This document shows positions 24,252 through 34,241 of a stretch of 36,555 nt of DNA, piece by piece; position 1 is the stretch's first letter; every line of letters begins with the position of its first letter. The notes beneath the pieces were generated by a model. The model ran no database searches and was not told the DNA's origin. It saw only the letters and a list, made by a program, of their open reading frames with translations. The stretch is from Lachnospiraceae bacterium (GTDB lineage: Bacteria > Bacillota > Clostridia > Lachnospirales > Lachnospiraceae), in contig JAZUFN010000279.1 in NCBI GenBank assembly GCA_045640725.1, positions 1 through 36,555 of the forward strand. Direction: 5' to 3'. The translations under genes were made by a program, and so were the position numbers.

Positions 24252-26600
24252 ATGAGCAATTTCAAGAAAAACGTTGTTGACATTCTTAAGCTGGACTATG
24301 GAAAAACAGTGGCTACAGCTGATACAAAGGAACTTTACAATGCAGTAGGCAAGTCTGCCATGAATGAAATCGGTTATGATTTCACTGAAAAAGCTAAAGA
24401 AGCAAAGGGTAAGCGCGTAGCATATCTTTCAGCAGAGTTCCTTATCGGTCGTATGACCTACAATAACCTGTTGAATATGGGCCTTCTGGGCAGCTATACA
24501 GAGCTTATGGATGAGTACAAGAGAAACACAAGAGAGCTGGAGGATATCGAGGATCCTGCTCTTGGTAATGGTGGTCTTGGTCGTCTGGCAGCCTGCTTCC
24601 TGGATTCCGGAGCTACAAACGGCATTAATCTGAATGGATATGGTATCCGTTATAAATACGGCCTCTTCAAGCAGTACTTTAAGGATGGCTTCCAGGCTGA
24701 GGAGCCTGATGACTGGACAAAGTATGGCGATCCATGGTCCATCCGTCATGACGAGGATAAGGTAGTGGTTAATTTCAAGGATTCTGCAGTATATGCAGTG
24801 CCTTACGATATGCCTGTTATCAGCTATGGCGGTAAAAAGGTTAATATGCTGAGACTCTGGCAGGCAGAGCCTGTAGAGGAGTTTAAATTTGACCTCTTTA
24901 ATAATCAGGAGTATGTAAAGGAGGCATCCGACAGAACCAATGCATATGCCATTTCTGCAGTGCTTTATCCTAACGATTCCACTAAAAACGGTAAATTACT
25001 CCGACTTAAGCAGCAGTACTTTTTCTCCAGTGCTTCACTTAAGGACATGATTCGCAACTTTAAAAAGGAATGCGGCACCAATTTTAACAAGTTCCCGGAA
25101 AAGTACGCTATACAGCTGAATGACACCCATCCTACCATTGCTATTCCTGAATTAATCAGGATTCTGGTTGAAGAGGAGGGACTGACCTTCGCAAAGGCAT
25201 TCCGTATTGCCAGAAAGACCTTTGCCTACACCAACCACACCATTATGGCTGAAGCTCTGGAAAAATGGGATGTTAAGCTGGTAAAGGCACTGATTCCTGA
25301 GGTGTATAAGTACATCGCAGCTATTCAGAGACAGCTGGTACGTGAGCTTAAGAAGACAGATCTTAAGGGCTATGATATAAATCAGTACAACATAATTGAT
25401 AATGGCCTGGTTCATATGGCACGTATGGCTATATTTGCATCCCATTCCACAAATGGCGTTGCTGCTATTCATACAGATATTCTGAAAAATGATGCCCTCA
25501 AGGAGTGGTATGCTATATATCCTGAGCGTTTCAATAATAAGACTAACGGTATCACCCAGCGTAGATGGCTGGCTCTCTGCAATATGGAGCTTTCCGGCTT
25601 TATCACTGAGAATATCGGCGCTGACTGGGTGACAGACCTGACCAAGTTAAAGAAGCTTGAGACTCTTGCAAATGATTCAGAGAAAATCAAGCAGTTCAAT
25701 GATATTAAGGCTATTAAGAAGCAGCAGCTGGCTGAATACATTGAGGCTAAGGAGGGGACAAAGATTGATCCTTCCTTCATCTATGATATTCAGATTAAGA
25801 GATTGCATGAGTACAAGAGACAGCTGTTAAATGCTTTCTCCATCCTTGATATTTACTATGGCATAAAGGACGGTTCTATCAAGAATTTCCAGCCTATGTG
25901 CTTTATATTTGGTGCGAAGGCAGCTCCCGGCTACTTTAGAGCAAAGGGAATCATCAAGTTCATCAATGAAATTGCCAAGATGATTGATAATGATCCTGAG
26001 GTTTCCAAGCTGCTTAAGGTTGTATTTGTACAGAACTACAACGTATCCTATGCAGAGCGACTGGTGACAGCTGCAGATATTTCCGAGCAGATTTCCACAG
26101 CAGGTACAGAGGCATCCGGTACAGGTAACATGAAGCTTATGTTAAACGGCGCGGTTACCCTTGGTACTTTCGATGGTGCCAACGTAGAGATAGTAGAAGA
26201 GGCCGGCGAGGAGAACAACTACATCTTTGGTAAGAGGGTAGAGGAAATCGAAGAGCTTAAGAAAAATAATTACTGCTCAAGAGACCTCTATAACAGCAAT
26301 AAGCGCTTAAAGAGAGTGGTTGATACCCTGGTGGACGGCACTTTCTCAGATGGCGACACAGGTATGTTTAAGGAGCTTTATACATCTCTTCTGGATGGTG
26401 CTTCCTGGCACAAGCCTGACCACTACTTTATCTTTGCAGATTTTGATTCCTATGTGGAGGCAAAGCTTCGTGCAAATCGCGATTATGCTGACAGACTTGC
26501 CTTCGGTAAAAAGGCACTTATCAACGTGGCTAACGCAGGTAAGTTCTCATCTGACCGTACCATCAAGAACTACACAGATGAAATTTGGATGACAAAATAA
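24252..26600 (+). CDS. glgP: alpha-glucan (glycogen/maltodextrin) phosphorylase, GT35
   Basis: 782 aa. LGNGGLGRLAACFLDS and the PLP-lysine motif EASGTGNMKLMLNGA. Confidence 0.95.
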   Translation: MSNFKKNVVDILKLDYGKTVATADTKELYNAVGKSAMNEIGYDFTEKAKEAKGKRVAYLSAEFLIGRMTYNNLLNMGLLGSYTELMDEYKRNTRELEDIEDPALGNGGLGRLAACFLDSGATNGINLNGYGIRYKYGLFKQYFKDGFQAEEPDDWTKYGDPWSIRHDEDKVVVNFKDSAVYAVPYDMPVISYGGKKVNMLRLWQAEPVEEFKFDLFNNQEYVKEASDRTNAYAISAVLYPNDSTKNGKLLRLKQQYFFSSASLKDMIRNFKKECGTNFNKFPEKYAIQLNDTHPTIAIPELIRILVEEEGLTFAKAFRIARKTFAYTNHTIMAEALEKWDVKLVKALIPEVYKYIAAIQRQLVRELKKTDLKGYDINQYNIIDNGLVHMARMAIFASHSTNGVAAIHTDILKNDALKEWYAIYPERFNNKTNGITQRRWLALCNMELSGFITENIGADWVTDLTKLKKLETLANDSEKIKQFNDIKAIKKQQLAEYIEAKEGTKIDPSFIYDIQIKRLHEYKRQLLNAFSILDIYYGIKDGSIKNFQPMCFIFGAKAAPGYFRAKGIIKFINEIAKMIDNDPEVSKLLKVVFVQNYNVSYAERLVTAADISEQISTAGTEASGTGNMKLMLNGAVTLGTFDGANVEIVEEAGEENNYIFGKRVEEIEELKKNNYCSRDLYNSNKRLKRVVDTLVDGTFSDGDTGMFKELYTSLLDGASWHKPDHYFIFADFDSYVEAKLRANRDYADRLAFGKKALINVANAGKFSSDRTIKNYTDEIWMTK

Positions 26601-26617
26601 AAATAATAATCTCGAAG

Positions 26618-26650
26618 GACGCCTTCCTTACATGGAAGGCGTCTTGTCTT
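26618..26650 (+). terminator. intrinsic terminator after glgP
   Basis: GACGCCTTCC-ttacat-GGAAGGCGTC followed by TTGTCTTTTT. Confidence 0.88.
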
Positions 26651-26654
26651 TTTC

Positions 26655-26683
26655 TTGACAAAATAGGACTTCTGGCATATTAT
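26655..26683 (+). promoter_or_regulatory. sigma-A type promoter for proS
   Basis: TTGACA at 26655-26660, a 17-nt spacer, and TATTAT at 26678-26683. The leader of about 45 nt has no room for a T-box. Confidence 0.6.
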
Positions 26684-26734
26684 ACACTATGTATGACTAT
26701 ATTAGGATAACTATATATGTAAGGAGATTTTCCT

Positions 26735-28174
26735 ATGGCAAATGATAAAAAATTAGTAGAAGAAATTACCTCAATGGAGGTGGATTTTGCCCAATGGTAT
26801 ACCGACGTTGTTAAGAAAGCAGAGCTTATTGATTACTCATCAGTTAAGGGCTGCATGATTATTAAACCCGATGGCTATGCTATCTGGGAGAATATTCAGA
26901 AGGAACTGGATTCCAGATTCAAGGCTACAGGCGTACAGAATGTGTACATGCCTCTCTTCATCCCTGAGAGCCTCCTTGAGAAAGAAAAGGATCATGTAGA
27001 GGGCTTCGCACCGGAGGTGGCCTGGGTTACTCATGGTGGTCTGCAGCCTCTTCAGGAGAGACTTTGCGTACGTCCTACATCCGAGACTCTTTTCTGTGAT
27101 TTTTATAAAAATCTTATTCAGTCCTATAGAGACCTGCCCAAGGTATATAACCAGTGGTGTTCAGTAGTACGTTGGGAAAAGGAAACCAGACCATTCCTGC
27201 GTTCCCGTGAGTTTTTGTGGCAGGAAGGCCATACAATCCATGCTACAGCTGAGGAGGCAGAGGCACGTACAGTCCAGATGCTGAATCTCTATGCTGACTT
27301 CTGTGAAGAAGTGCTGGCTATGCCTGTAGTACGTGGCCAGAAGACTGAAAAGGAGAAGTTTGCAGGCGCAGAGGCTACCTATACTATCGAGGCTCTTATG
27401 CACGATGGTAAGGCTCTCCAGTCCGGTACCTCCCACAATTTCGGCAATGGTTTTGCTAAGGCTTTTGATATTCAGTATACAGATAAAGAGAATCACCTTC
27501 AGTACTGCTACCAGACTTCCTGGGGCATGACTACCCGTCTGATTGGTGCCATCATCATGGTACACGGCGACGATTCAGGTCTGGTGCTTCCTCCACGTGT
27601 AGCGCCTACACAGGTATGCGTTATTCCTATCATGCAGAAAAAGGAAGGCGTTATGGAGACTGCTCAGGCTCTTTGCGACAGACTGGGCAAGGTGGCTCGT
27701 ACCAAGCTTGATTCTTCAGACAAGTCTCCGGGCTGGAAGTTCTCCGAGTGTGAGATGAGAGGTATACCTCTTCGTGTTGAGATAGGCCCTAAGGATATTG
27801 AGGCAGGAAAGTGTGTACTGGTTCGCCGCGATACCAGAGAAAAGATTGAGTGCCCTCTGGATGAGATTGAATCCAAGGTTTCAGAGCTTCTTGTTACCAT
27901 TCAGAAGGATATGTTTGAGCGTGCTAAGGCTCATCGTGATGCTCACATTTTCGATGCTCACAATTATGATGAATTAAAGGATATAGCAGCTAACAAGCCG
28001 GGCTTTATCCGTGGCATGTGGTGTGAAGATCAGGCCTGTGAGGACCAGATTAAGGCAGAGCTTTCTGTTACATCCCGTTGTATGCCATTTAATGACCAGC
28101 AGCGTATAGCAGAGACCTGCGTATGCTGTGGCAAGCCTGCTAAAAAGCTGGTTTACTGGGGTAAAGCTTATTAA
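26735..28174 (+). CDS. proS: proline--tRNA ligase, archaeal/eukaryote-like type (no INS editing domain, C-terminal Cys-rich domain)
   Basis: 479 aa. The N-terminal [17 protein letters not shown] and the C-terminal [12 protein letters not shown]...[18 protein letters not shown] are characteristic of the short archaeal-type ProRS. Confidence 0.92.
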   Translation: MANDKKLVEEITSMEVDFAQWYTDVVKKAELIDYSSVKGCMIIKPDGYAIWENIQKELDSRFKATGVQNVYMPLFIPESLLEKEKDHVEGFAPEVAWVTHGGLQPLQERLCVRPTSETLFCDFYKNLIQSYRDLPKVYNQWCSVVRWEKETRPFLRSREFLWQEGHTIHATAEEAEARTVQMLNLYADFCEEVLAMPVVRGQKTEKEKFAGAEATYTIEALMHDGKALQSGTSHNFGNGFAKAFDIQYTDKENHLQYCYQTSWGMTTRLIGAIIMVHGDDSGLVLPPRVAPTQVCVIPIMQKKEGVMETAQALCDRLGKVARTKLDSSDKSPGWKFSECEMRGIPLRVEIGPKDIEAGKCVLVRRDTREKIECPLDEIESKVSELLVTIQKDMFERAKAHRDAHIFDAHNYDELKDIAANKPGFIRGMWCEDQACEDQIKAELSVTSRCMPFNDQQRIAETCVCCGKPAKKLVYWGKAY

Positions 28175-28218
28175 TTAACCCATAATTAACCCATAGAGAA
28201 GCCCCGGGGACAGAGTAA

Positions 28219-29526
28219 ATGATTATAAAATTACCACGAAACGTAAATCAAATAATACGCACCCTGGAGCAAGCCGGACATGAAGCCTATGCGGTAGGTG
28301 GCTGCGTTCGTGATTCTATCCTTTCCCGGACCCCGGGAGACTGGGATATCACCACTTCTGCCACTCCGCTGCAGGTAAAAGAGCTCTTTTTCCATACTGT
28401 TGATACAGGTATTCAGCACGGCACAGTGACTGTTATATTGGATGGAGAGGGCTACGAAGTGACTACCTACAGGGTAGACGGTGTCTACGAGGACTGCCGT
28501 CACCCCAAGGAGGTACAGTTTACTCCCAATCTTTCTGATGACCTGGCTCGACGTGACTTTACCATAAATGCAATGGCTACCAATGGCCGGGGTGATATTG
28601 TAGATCTCTATGGCGGCATAGACGACCTGGAGAAAAAAATAATTCGATGCGTGGGTGACCCGGAGGAGAGATTTAACGAGGATGCCCTTCGTATCCTGCG
28701 AGCATATCGCTTTGCAGCTCAGTTGGGATTTTCCATAGACGAGGCTACTGCTGTGGCGGCAGGCCACAAGGCTCCCAATCTTTCCAAAGTAAGTGCTGAA
28801 AGAATCAGAGTGGAGCTGTGCAAGCTCCTTTTATCCGATCACCCTTTTTCACTGCATGATGCCTATGAAAAGGGTATTACCCGCGTGATTTTACCTGAAT
28901 TTGATGATGTAGAAGGTCAGGGCAGCTCTATCGCCCGCGCCTGTATTACAGCAGTCAAGGACAGCGATTTATATACCGGAGATTTAAATGAGAAGACCAG
29001 GCTCAAAATAAAGTGGGCCATTCTTCTTTCCCTATATACTGACAGCGTTCTTAAGGATTTTTCAGAGAGTCAGGCCAAGACTCTGGCCAGAAATGTTATG
29101 ACCAGACTCAGGTTTGATAATGATACCAGGGATGCTGTAGGTAAGCTTGTAGAAAAGCACAGAGTTCATCTTTCTCATATTACCGAGGCAGAAGTAAGGC
29201 GAGCTATGAGAAATGTGGGTGTGGATATTTTTCCTATGCTGCTGGCAGTGCAGGAAAGCCTTCTTGCCAATAACATTTGTTCATTTGGAGAGGCGTTATC
29301 TGATACTTATATTTCCCGGGTCCGTAGTATCCATGAGATGATTCTTAAGCGGGGGGACTGTGTGCAGATTAAGGATTTGGCTATTAATGGTCAGGATCTC
29401 CTGGCAGCCGGCTTTGAGAGCGGCCCCGGTATAGGTAATTTGCTGGAGCAGCTTTTGACACTGGTGATAGATCAGCCTGAGGTCAATTCAAAGGAGTTAT
29501 TACTAAAGGCAGCGAAACGAGGTTAG
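28219..29526 (+). CDS. cca: CCA-adding tRNA nucleotidyltransferase (PolyA_pol family)
   Basis: GGCVRDSILSRTPGDWDITT and RRDFTINAM motifs, with the tRNA-NucTransf2 C-terminal region. No terminator lies between proS and this gene. Confidence 0.9.
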   Translation: MIIKLPRNVNQIIRTLEQAGHEAYAVGGCVRDSILSRTPGDWDITTSATPLQVKELFFHTVDTGIQHGTVTVILDGEGYEVTTYRVDGVYEDCRHPKEVQFTPNLSDDLARRDFTINAMATNGRGDIVDLYGGIDDLEKKIIRCVGDPEERFNEDALRILRAYRFAAQLGFSIDEATAVAAGHKAPNLSKVSAERIRVELCKLLLSDHPFSLHDAYEKGITRVILPEFDDVEGQGSSIARACITAVKDSDLYTGDLNEKTRLKIKWAILLSLYTDSVLKDFSESQAKTLARNVMTRLRFDNDTRDAVGKLVEKHRVHLSHITEAEVRRAMRNVGVDIFPMLLAVQESLLANNICSFGEALSDTYISRVRSIHEMILKRGDCVQIKDLAINGQDLLAAGFESGPGIGNLLEQLLTLVIDQPEVNSKELLLKAAKRG

Positions 29527-29529
29527 CAA

Positions 29530-30897
29530 TTGGAGGACAATAAGAACAAAAGGAATAGTTCTCTTTATGAGGAAGCTCGTGTATACGGGACTGACCGTCA
29601 AAAGGAAAAGCTGGGAAGGGATGAGGATTTCAGACAAAAGCCCGGAGTTTCCGCAGATCAGAAGACTGTAATAGCTTTTCTGGTAGCTGGTGCCCTGGTT
29701 ATTGTCATAACTTTACTTTTTCTCCTGGCAGGAGGTGGAAAAAAGGAGGATCCTGTTTCCTTTGTTACTCCTCTTCCCACTACGACGATTCAGCCCAGTC
29801 AGACTCCTGTTCCCATTGTTATTTACGGTGTGGTCTATGCTGTGGACTCAGAGCAGAAGACTGTTACGGTTTATGACGTTCAAGCTGAAGAAAAGCGCAT
29901 TTTGACCTATACGGGTTCCAGCGTTTTTTATAATAAATTTGATGCACTTACCACTGCATCCACCTTGTCCTATGGTGACTTAATAAGGTTTTCCATGAAT
30001 GAAGACGGCAGCATTATAACCAGCGGCAGCCGGGATAAGGAAGTGTGGGAGATAAATCGTGCCGACGTGACGGCGATTAATCCTGACAAGCATACCGTTA
30101 CCGTAAAGGGTGCCAATTACAAATACAGTGATAAGCTTTGTATTTTAAGTGGTGACAAACGCATAGATTTTTCCGACCTTATAGTAGGATTGGATAAATT
30201 TACGGTAAGGGGTAAAGGAACGGATATTTACGAGCTTATTGTAACTACCGGTCACGGAGAGCTTACGCTGTCCAATTTTACTGATTTTATAGGTGGTACC
30301 ATTGATATTGGCCCGGCTTACTCTCTTGATATAGATGAAAAAGCCACATATACGGTGCCTGAGGGTGAGTATATAGTTACCGTCACCAAAGGCAAGTATA
30401 AAGGTACGGAAATCCTTAGAGTAAACAGGGATAAAACTACAGTTTTTGATGTTTATGAATATGGCAAAGGACCGGTAGAGACCAGTAAAGTTACCTTTGA
30501 CATCACTCCTCCGGGAGCTATTCTTTACATAGATGGTGTACGCACCAATTACGGCTCAGCAATAGAGCTTGAATACGGCAAGGTAAAGGTGGAGATTCAG
30601 GCACCGGGATATGTGACTCAGTCACAGACTATTGCAATCAATTCTCCTGTTCACAGCTTCCAGTTCTACTTGAAGCTGCAGCCAACACCGAGCCCCAGCC
30701 CTACGGTGACACCGATTCCTACTGCGACACCGATTCCTACTGCGACACCGGTGCCTACACCGACTCCCGAGCCCACACCGACTCCTGAGCCTACACCGAC
30801 TCCCGAGCCTACACCGACTCCTGAGCCTACACCGTCACCGGAGCTGACACCGACTGTGGAGCCGACACTGACACCTACCCCTACAGCAGCAGGATAA
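29530..30897 (+). CDS. single-pass membrane protein with a PEGA-like domain and a C-terminal Pro/Thr/Glu repeat tail
   Basis: TTG start at 29530 with GAGG 7 nt upstream (no in-frame ATG nearby). TM segment [26 protein letters not shown]-like segment [17 protein letters not shown]...[11 protein letters not shown]. The last 70 or so residues are [12 protein letters not shown] repeats. Confidence 0.65.
   Translation: MEDNKNKRNSSLYEEARVYGTDRQKEKLGRDEDFRQKPGVSADQKTVIAFLVAGALVIVITLLFLLAGGGKKEDPVSFVTPLPTTTIQPSQTPVPIVIYGVVYAVDSEQKTVTVYDVQAEEKRILTYTGSSVFYNKFDALTTASTLSYGDLIRFSMNEDGSIITSGSRDKEVWEINRADVTAINPDKHTVTVKGANYKYSDKLCILSGDKRIDFSDLIVGLDKFTVRGKGTDIYELIVTTGHGELTLSNFTDFIGGTIDIGPAYSLDIDEKATYTVPEGEYIVTVTKGKYKGTEILRVNRDKTTVFDVYEYGKGPVETSKVTFDITPPGAILYIDGVRTNYGSAIELEYGKVKVEIQAPGYVTQSQTIAINSPVHSFQFYLKLQPTPSPSPTVTPIPTATPIPTATPVPTPTPEPTPTPEPTPTPEPTPTPEPTPSPELTPTVEPTLTPTPTAAG
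30709..30882 (+). repeat. 18-bp in-frame tandem repeat array (about 9.5 units) encoding the Pro/Thr-rich tail
   Basis: ACACCGATTCCTACTGCG occurs twice (30709-30744). ACACCGACTCC[C/T]GAGCC[C/T] then occurs four times (30757-30828), with degenerate units continuing to about 30882. Confidence 0.9.
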
Positions 30898-30947
30898 ATT
30901 TATTAGCTAGAAAAGTGCTTTGCACTGTATATAAAGGAGTACTACTA

Positions 30948-32690
30948 ATGGCAGATTACAAGAAGAATTATGAGGAATGGCTTAGCAATCCGTATTTTGA
31001 TGATGCAACCAAAGCTGAGCTTAAGAGCATTGCAAATGATGACAATGAGATAAAAGAGCGCTTTTATCAGGACCTTGAATTCGGTACAGGTGGCCTTCGC
31101 GGCATTATTGGCGCAGGTACCAATCGAATGAACGTTTATACTGTGCGTAAGGCTACACAGGGCCTGGCCAATTATATTATTCGCATGGGAGGACAGAAGA
31201 AGGGCGTAGCTATTTCTTATGACTCCAGACGTATGTCACCTGAATTCGCAGATGAGGCTGCTTTGTGTCTTGCTGCCAACGGTATCAAGGCATATGTTTT
31301 TTCCACTCTTCATCCCACACCTATGCTTTCCTATGCTGTGCGTTACTTTAAAGCAATAGCAGGTATCAATATCACTGCATCCCACAATCCGCCGGAATAC
31401 AATGGATATAAAGTATACTGGGAGGATGGTGCACAGATTATTCCTCCTCATGATGTGGAGATTCTTAAAGAAGTTGCCAATGTTACCAATTATGCTACAG
31501 TGAAGACCATGGATAAGGCAGCAGCTGTTTCCGCAGGTCTCTATGAAGTAATCGGACCGGATCTGGATGACAGCTATTCCGCTATTCTTCAGAAGCTGGT
31601 TCTTCGTCCTGAGGCTATCAAGGCTTGTGCCAAGGATCTTAAGATTGTATATACACCGCTCCATGGTACAGGTAATGTACCTGTTCGCCGTATCCTTAAA
31701 GAGATTGGCTTTGAAAATGTATATGTAGTACCTGAGCAGGAGCTTCCTGACGGTAATTTCCCTACAGTAGACTATCCAAATCCTGAAGCTAAGGAAACCT
31801 TCACACTGGGCCTTAAGCTGGCTCGTGAGGTGGACGCTGATCTGGTACTTGCCAACGATCCCGATGCTGACAGACTGGGGGTATATGTAAAGGATACCCG
31901 TACCAATGACTATATTTCCCTGACAGGTAATATGTCCGGCTGTCTCCTGGCTGACTATGAAATAATGTCCATGAAAGAGAAACACGGCGGTAAGCTGCCT
32001 GAGGATGGCGCATTGATTTCCACCATCGTTTCTACTGATATGGCCAAGGCTATTGCCGCTTACTACAAGGTAAACTTTATTGAAGTTCTTACAGGATTCA
32101 AGTTTATCGGCGGTAAAATGAGAGAGTTCGAAGAGCAGGGCAAGGGTACTTACCTCTTTGGCTTTGAGGAGAGCTATGGCTGCCTTATCGGTGACCACGC
32201 TCGTGATAAGGATGCTGTTGTGGCTACAATGGCTCTTTGCGAAGCAGCAGCTTATTACAAGACAAAAAATATGACTCTTTGGGATGCTATGCTGGAGCTC
32301 TATGAGCGTTATGGCTACTACAAGGATGATATTGTGTCCGTTACCATGAAGGGTATCTCAGGTTTGGCCAAGATTGCAGAGATTATGGAGACACTGAGAA
32401 AGAATCCTATCAAGGAAATCTGTGGTCTTAAGACTCTTGCAGTCAGTGATTACAAGGCTGATACCAGAACAGAGCTCCCTTCCGGAAATATTACCGGATC
32501 TACCGGTCTTCCAAGCTCAAATGTTCTTTACTACGAGCTGGAAAACAATTCTTACCTCTGCGTACGCCCATCCGGCACAGAGCCTAAAATCAAGCTCTAC
32601 TTCGGTGTTAAGGGTACAGATCTTCAGGATGCAGAAGTGAAATCCAAAGCATTGGCAGCAGAAGTCAAGGCTATGCTTGAAAACATGTAA
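30948..32690 (+). CDS. pgcA: alpha-phosphoglucomutase / phosphohexomutase (PgcA type, about 580 aa)
   Basis: Active-site TASHNPPEYNGYKVY, the metal loop NDPDADRLG, and GFEESYG. The length and N-terminus (YEEWLSNPYFDD...DLEFGTGGLRG) match PgcA-type enzymes rather than the 450-aa GlmM. The start is set at the ATG at 30948 with AAGGAG 8 nt upstream. Confidence 0.9.
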   Translation: MADYKKNYEEWLSNPYFDDATKAELKSIANDDNEIKERFYQDLEFGTGGLRGIIGAGTNRMNVYTVRKATQGLANYIIRMGGQKKGVAISYDSRRMSPEFADEAALCLAANGIKAYVFSTLHPTPMLSYAVRYFKAIAGINITASHNPPEYNGYKVYWEDGAQIIPPHDVEILKEVANVTNYATVKTMDKAAAVSAGLYEVIGPDLDDSYSAILQKLVLRPEAIKACAKDLKIVYTPLHGTGNVPVRRILKEIGFENVYVVPEQELPDGNFPTVDYPNPEAKETFTLGLKLAREVDADLVLANDPDADRLGVYVKDTRTNDYISLTGNMSGCLLADYEIMSMKEKHGGKLPEDGALISTIVSTDMAKAIAAYYKVNFIEVLTGFKFIGGKMREFEEQGKGTYLFGFEESYGCLIGDHARDKDAVVATMALCEAAAYYKTKNMTLWDAMLELYERYGYYKDDIVSVTMKGISGLAKIAEIMETLRKNPIKEICGLKTLAVSDYKADTRTELPSGNITGSTGLPSSNVLYYELENNSYLCVRPSGTEPKIKLYFGVKGTDLQDAEVKSKALAAEVKAMLENM

Positions 32691-32711
32691 GGAACCTTAA
32701 AGGGAATTATA

Positions 32712-33110
32712 ATGATTAATAAACGTAAAGTCAGATTGATGTCACAAATCAATATGTACGAAGAAAATGAGGGCCGCGAGGATGTAAAACTGTCCAAGTA
32801 CTTCAGATCCGACTATATCCGTATTCAGATTCTGAGGTCTTTTGTAACAGTTACTTTGGGCTATATATTAATTGTAGCCCTGTATCTGGCCTCTCAGCTG
32901 GACTATCTTATAAAAGAAGCGGTTAAATTGGACTTTGTGGGTATGGCCATGACTGCTTTAGGTTATTATGTTATTGTCCTGACTGTTTACATTGGCGGTA
33001 CTACGATTTTCTGTCTCCTTCACTACAATGCTTCCCGTAACAAGCTGGCAAAATACTTTAAGATGCTGAGGCGTATGAGGAGCTTTTACGAGGAGGAAGA
33101 GAGCAAATGA
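32712..33110 (+). CDS. hypothetical small membrane protein (2 predicted TM segments)
   Basis: 132 aa. AAAGGGA lies 7 nt upstream of the ATG. It has two hydrophobic segments flanked by charged termini. Its stop overlaps the next start (ATGA at 33107-33110). I recognise no family. Confidence 0.6.
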   Translation: MINKRKVRLMSQINMYEENEGREDVKLSKYFRSDYIRIQILRSFVTVTLGYILIVALYLASQLDYLIKEAVKLDFVGMAMTALGYYVIVLTVYIGGTTIFCLLHYNASRNKLAKYFKMLRRMRSFYEEEESK

Positions 33111-34234
33111 TTATTACTAATATTCTTATTTTTAGAAAAATAGTAAGAGAAATATATCAGAGATATCAAAAGATTTTCGATTTTGTATTCAAATTTTTCC
33201 TTACATTTATAGCGTATAATGAGCTTACAAAGGCTATAAACTATGCCTCTGTCATGAATAAGGGAATTATAAAAGTCGGGTTTGGTCTGGCAGGAGCTAT
33301 TCTTCCGCTTATTGTCACCACTTTGCTTTTCATGCTGGTGACAGTATATGAGATATATGTAGCTTCACCGCTTCTGGCTTTGCTGCTTTTAATAATAATG
33401 ATTGTTCTCTATTGCTTTGCTGCTCGTTTTTCAGGCAAGTGCGCATATGCGCTGGTGGCAATCCCTCTGCTTATGAGAGTCAATCTGCATTATTTTATTC
33501 CCATGTTTATGGGGCTTACAGCCGGGCCTATGGCTATTTTCCCGGCAGCTGTAGGTGTGATTCTTTATTATGTCATGGGTGTAATGAACGGAGTAGCTGC
33601 AGATGCTAAGATTTCTACGGCAGATGATGCTCTGGCCACTTATCTTAAGGTGTTGGACGGTATTATGTCTAACAAGCAGATGGTTTATACCATTGTGGCA
33701 TTTGCAGTGGTTATTATAGTTATGTGGTTGGTCAAAAAGCTGAAATATGAGTTCGTAATGGAGCTGGATATTTTAACCGGATGTCTGACCATGCTGAATT
33801 GTTATTTTATCTCTGTTCTAAAATTTAACATGATAGCAGACATGGGCAAAATCATAGTAGGTACTATTCTATCTACCTTGATACTCTTTGTGGTTCAATT
33901 TTTCATGTTGTTGCTTAATTACACAAAGGCACAAAATCTTCAGTTCCAGGATGATGAGTATTACTACTATGTTAAGGCAGTGCCCAAGATTGATGTAGAG
34001 ATTCCGGATCGCTTCGTGAAGTTCATGACCTTAAAAGAGAAGAAGAGACAGGAAGAAGCCCAGAGGGAAGAAAGTAAGTCAATCAGTGATGCGGTGTCCA
34101 AGATTATGGATGACGAAGAACAGTATATGGATAATGGCTTTGATTTTAATGATTCTGAATTAGTAGGTGAAGCAGACGATTACAGTGGGGATAATCAGGA
34201 ATCAAAAGATGAGAAGGTAGGAGAGGAAAAGTAG
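33107..34234 (+). CDS. hypothetical polytopic membrane protein (about 7-8 TM segments) with an acidic C-terminal tail
   Basis: 375 aa. It is translationally coupled to the upstream ORF and ends 7 nt before cdaA. The C-terminal 100 or so residues are highly charged (EKKRQEEAQREE...DDYSGDNQESKDEKVGEEK). I recognise no family. Confidence 0.6.
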   Translation: MIITNILIFRKIVREIYQRYQKIFDFVFKFFLTFIAYNELTKAINYASVMNKGIIKVGFGLAGAILPLIVTTLLFMLVTVYEIYVASPLLALLLLIIMIVLYCFAARFSGKCAYALVAIPLLMRVNLHYFIPMFMGLTAGPMAIFPAAVGVILYYVMGVMNGVAADAKISTADDALATYLKVLDGIMSNKQMVYTIVAFAVVIIVMWLVKKLKYEFVMELDILTGCLTMLNCYFISVLKFNMIADMGKIIVGTILSTLILFVVQFFMLLLNYTKAQNLQFQDDEYYYYVKAVPKIDVEIPDRFVKFMTLKEKKRQEEAQREESKSISDAVSKIMDDEEQYMDNGFDFNDSELVGEADDYSGDNQESKDEKVGEEK

Positions 34235-34241
34235 AAAAACT

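Noticed and set aside
30709-30882. The tandem repeat array as a CRISPR array or other non-coding repeat.
   Set aside because: The units are contiguous with no spacers. They are in frame within an ORF and encode a Pro/Thr-rich tail.
31236-32198. A 320-aa ORF on the minus strand, antisense to pgcA.
   Set aside because: It lies entirely within a confidently identified phosphoglucomutase gene. Its composition is junk-like (rich in I, L and C). It has no Shine-Dalgarno and no recognisable motif. It is a typical shadow ORF.
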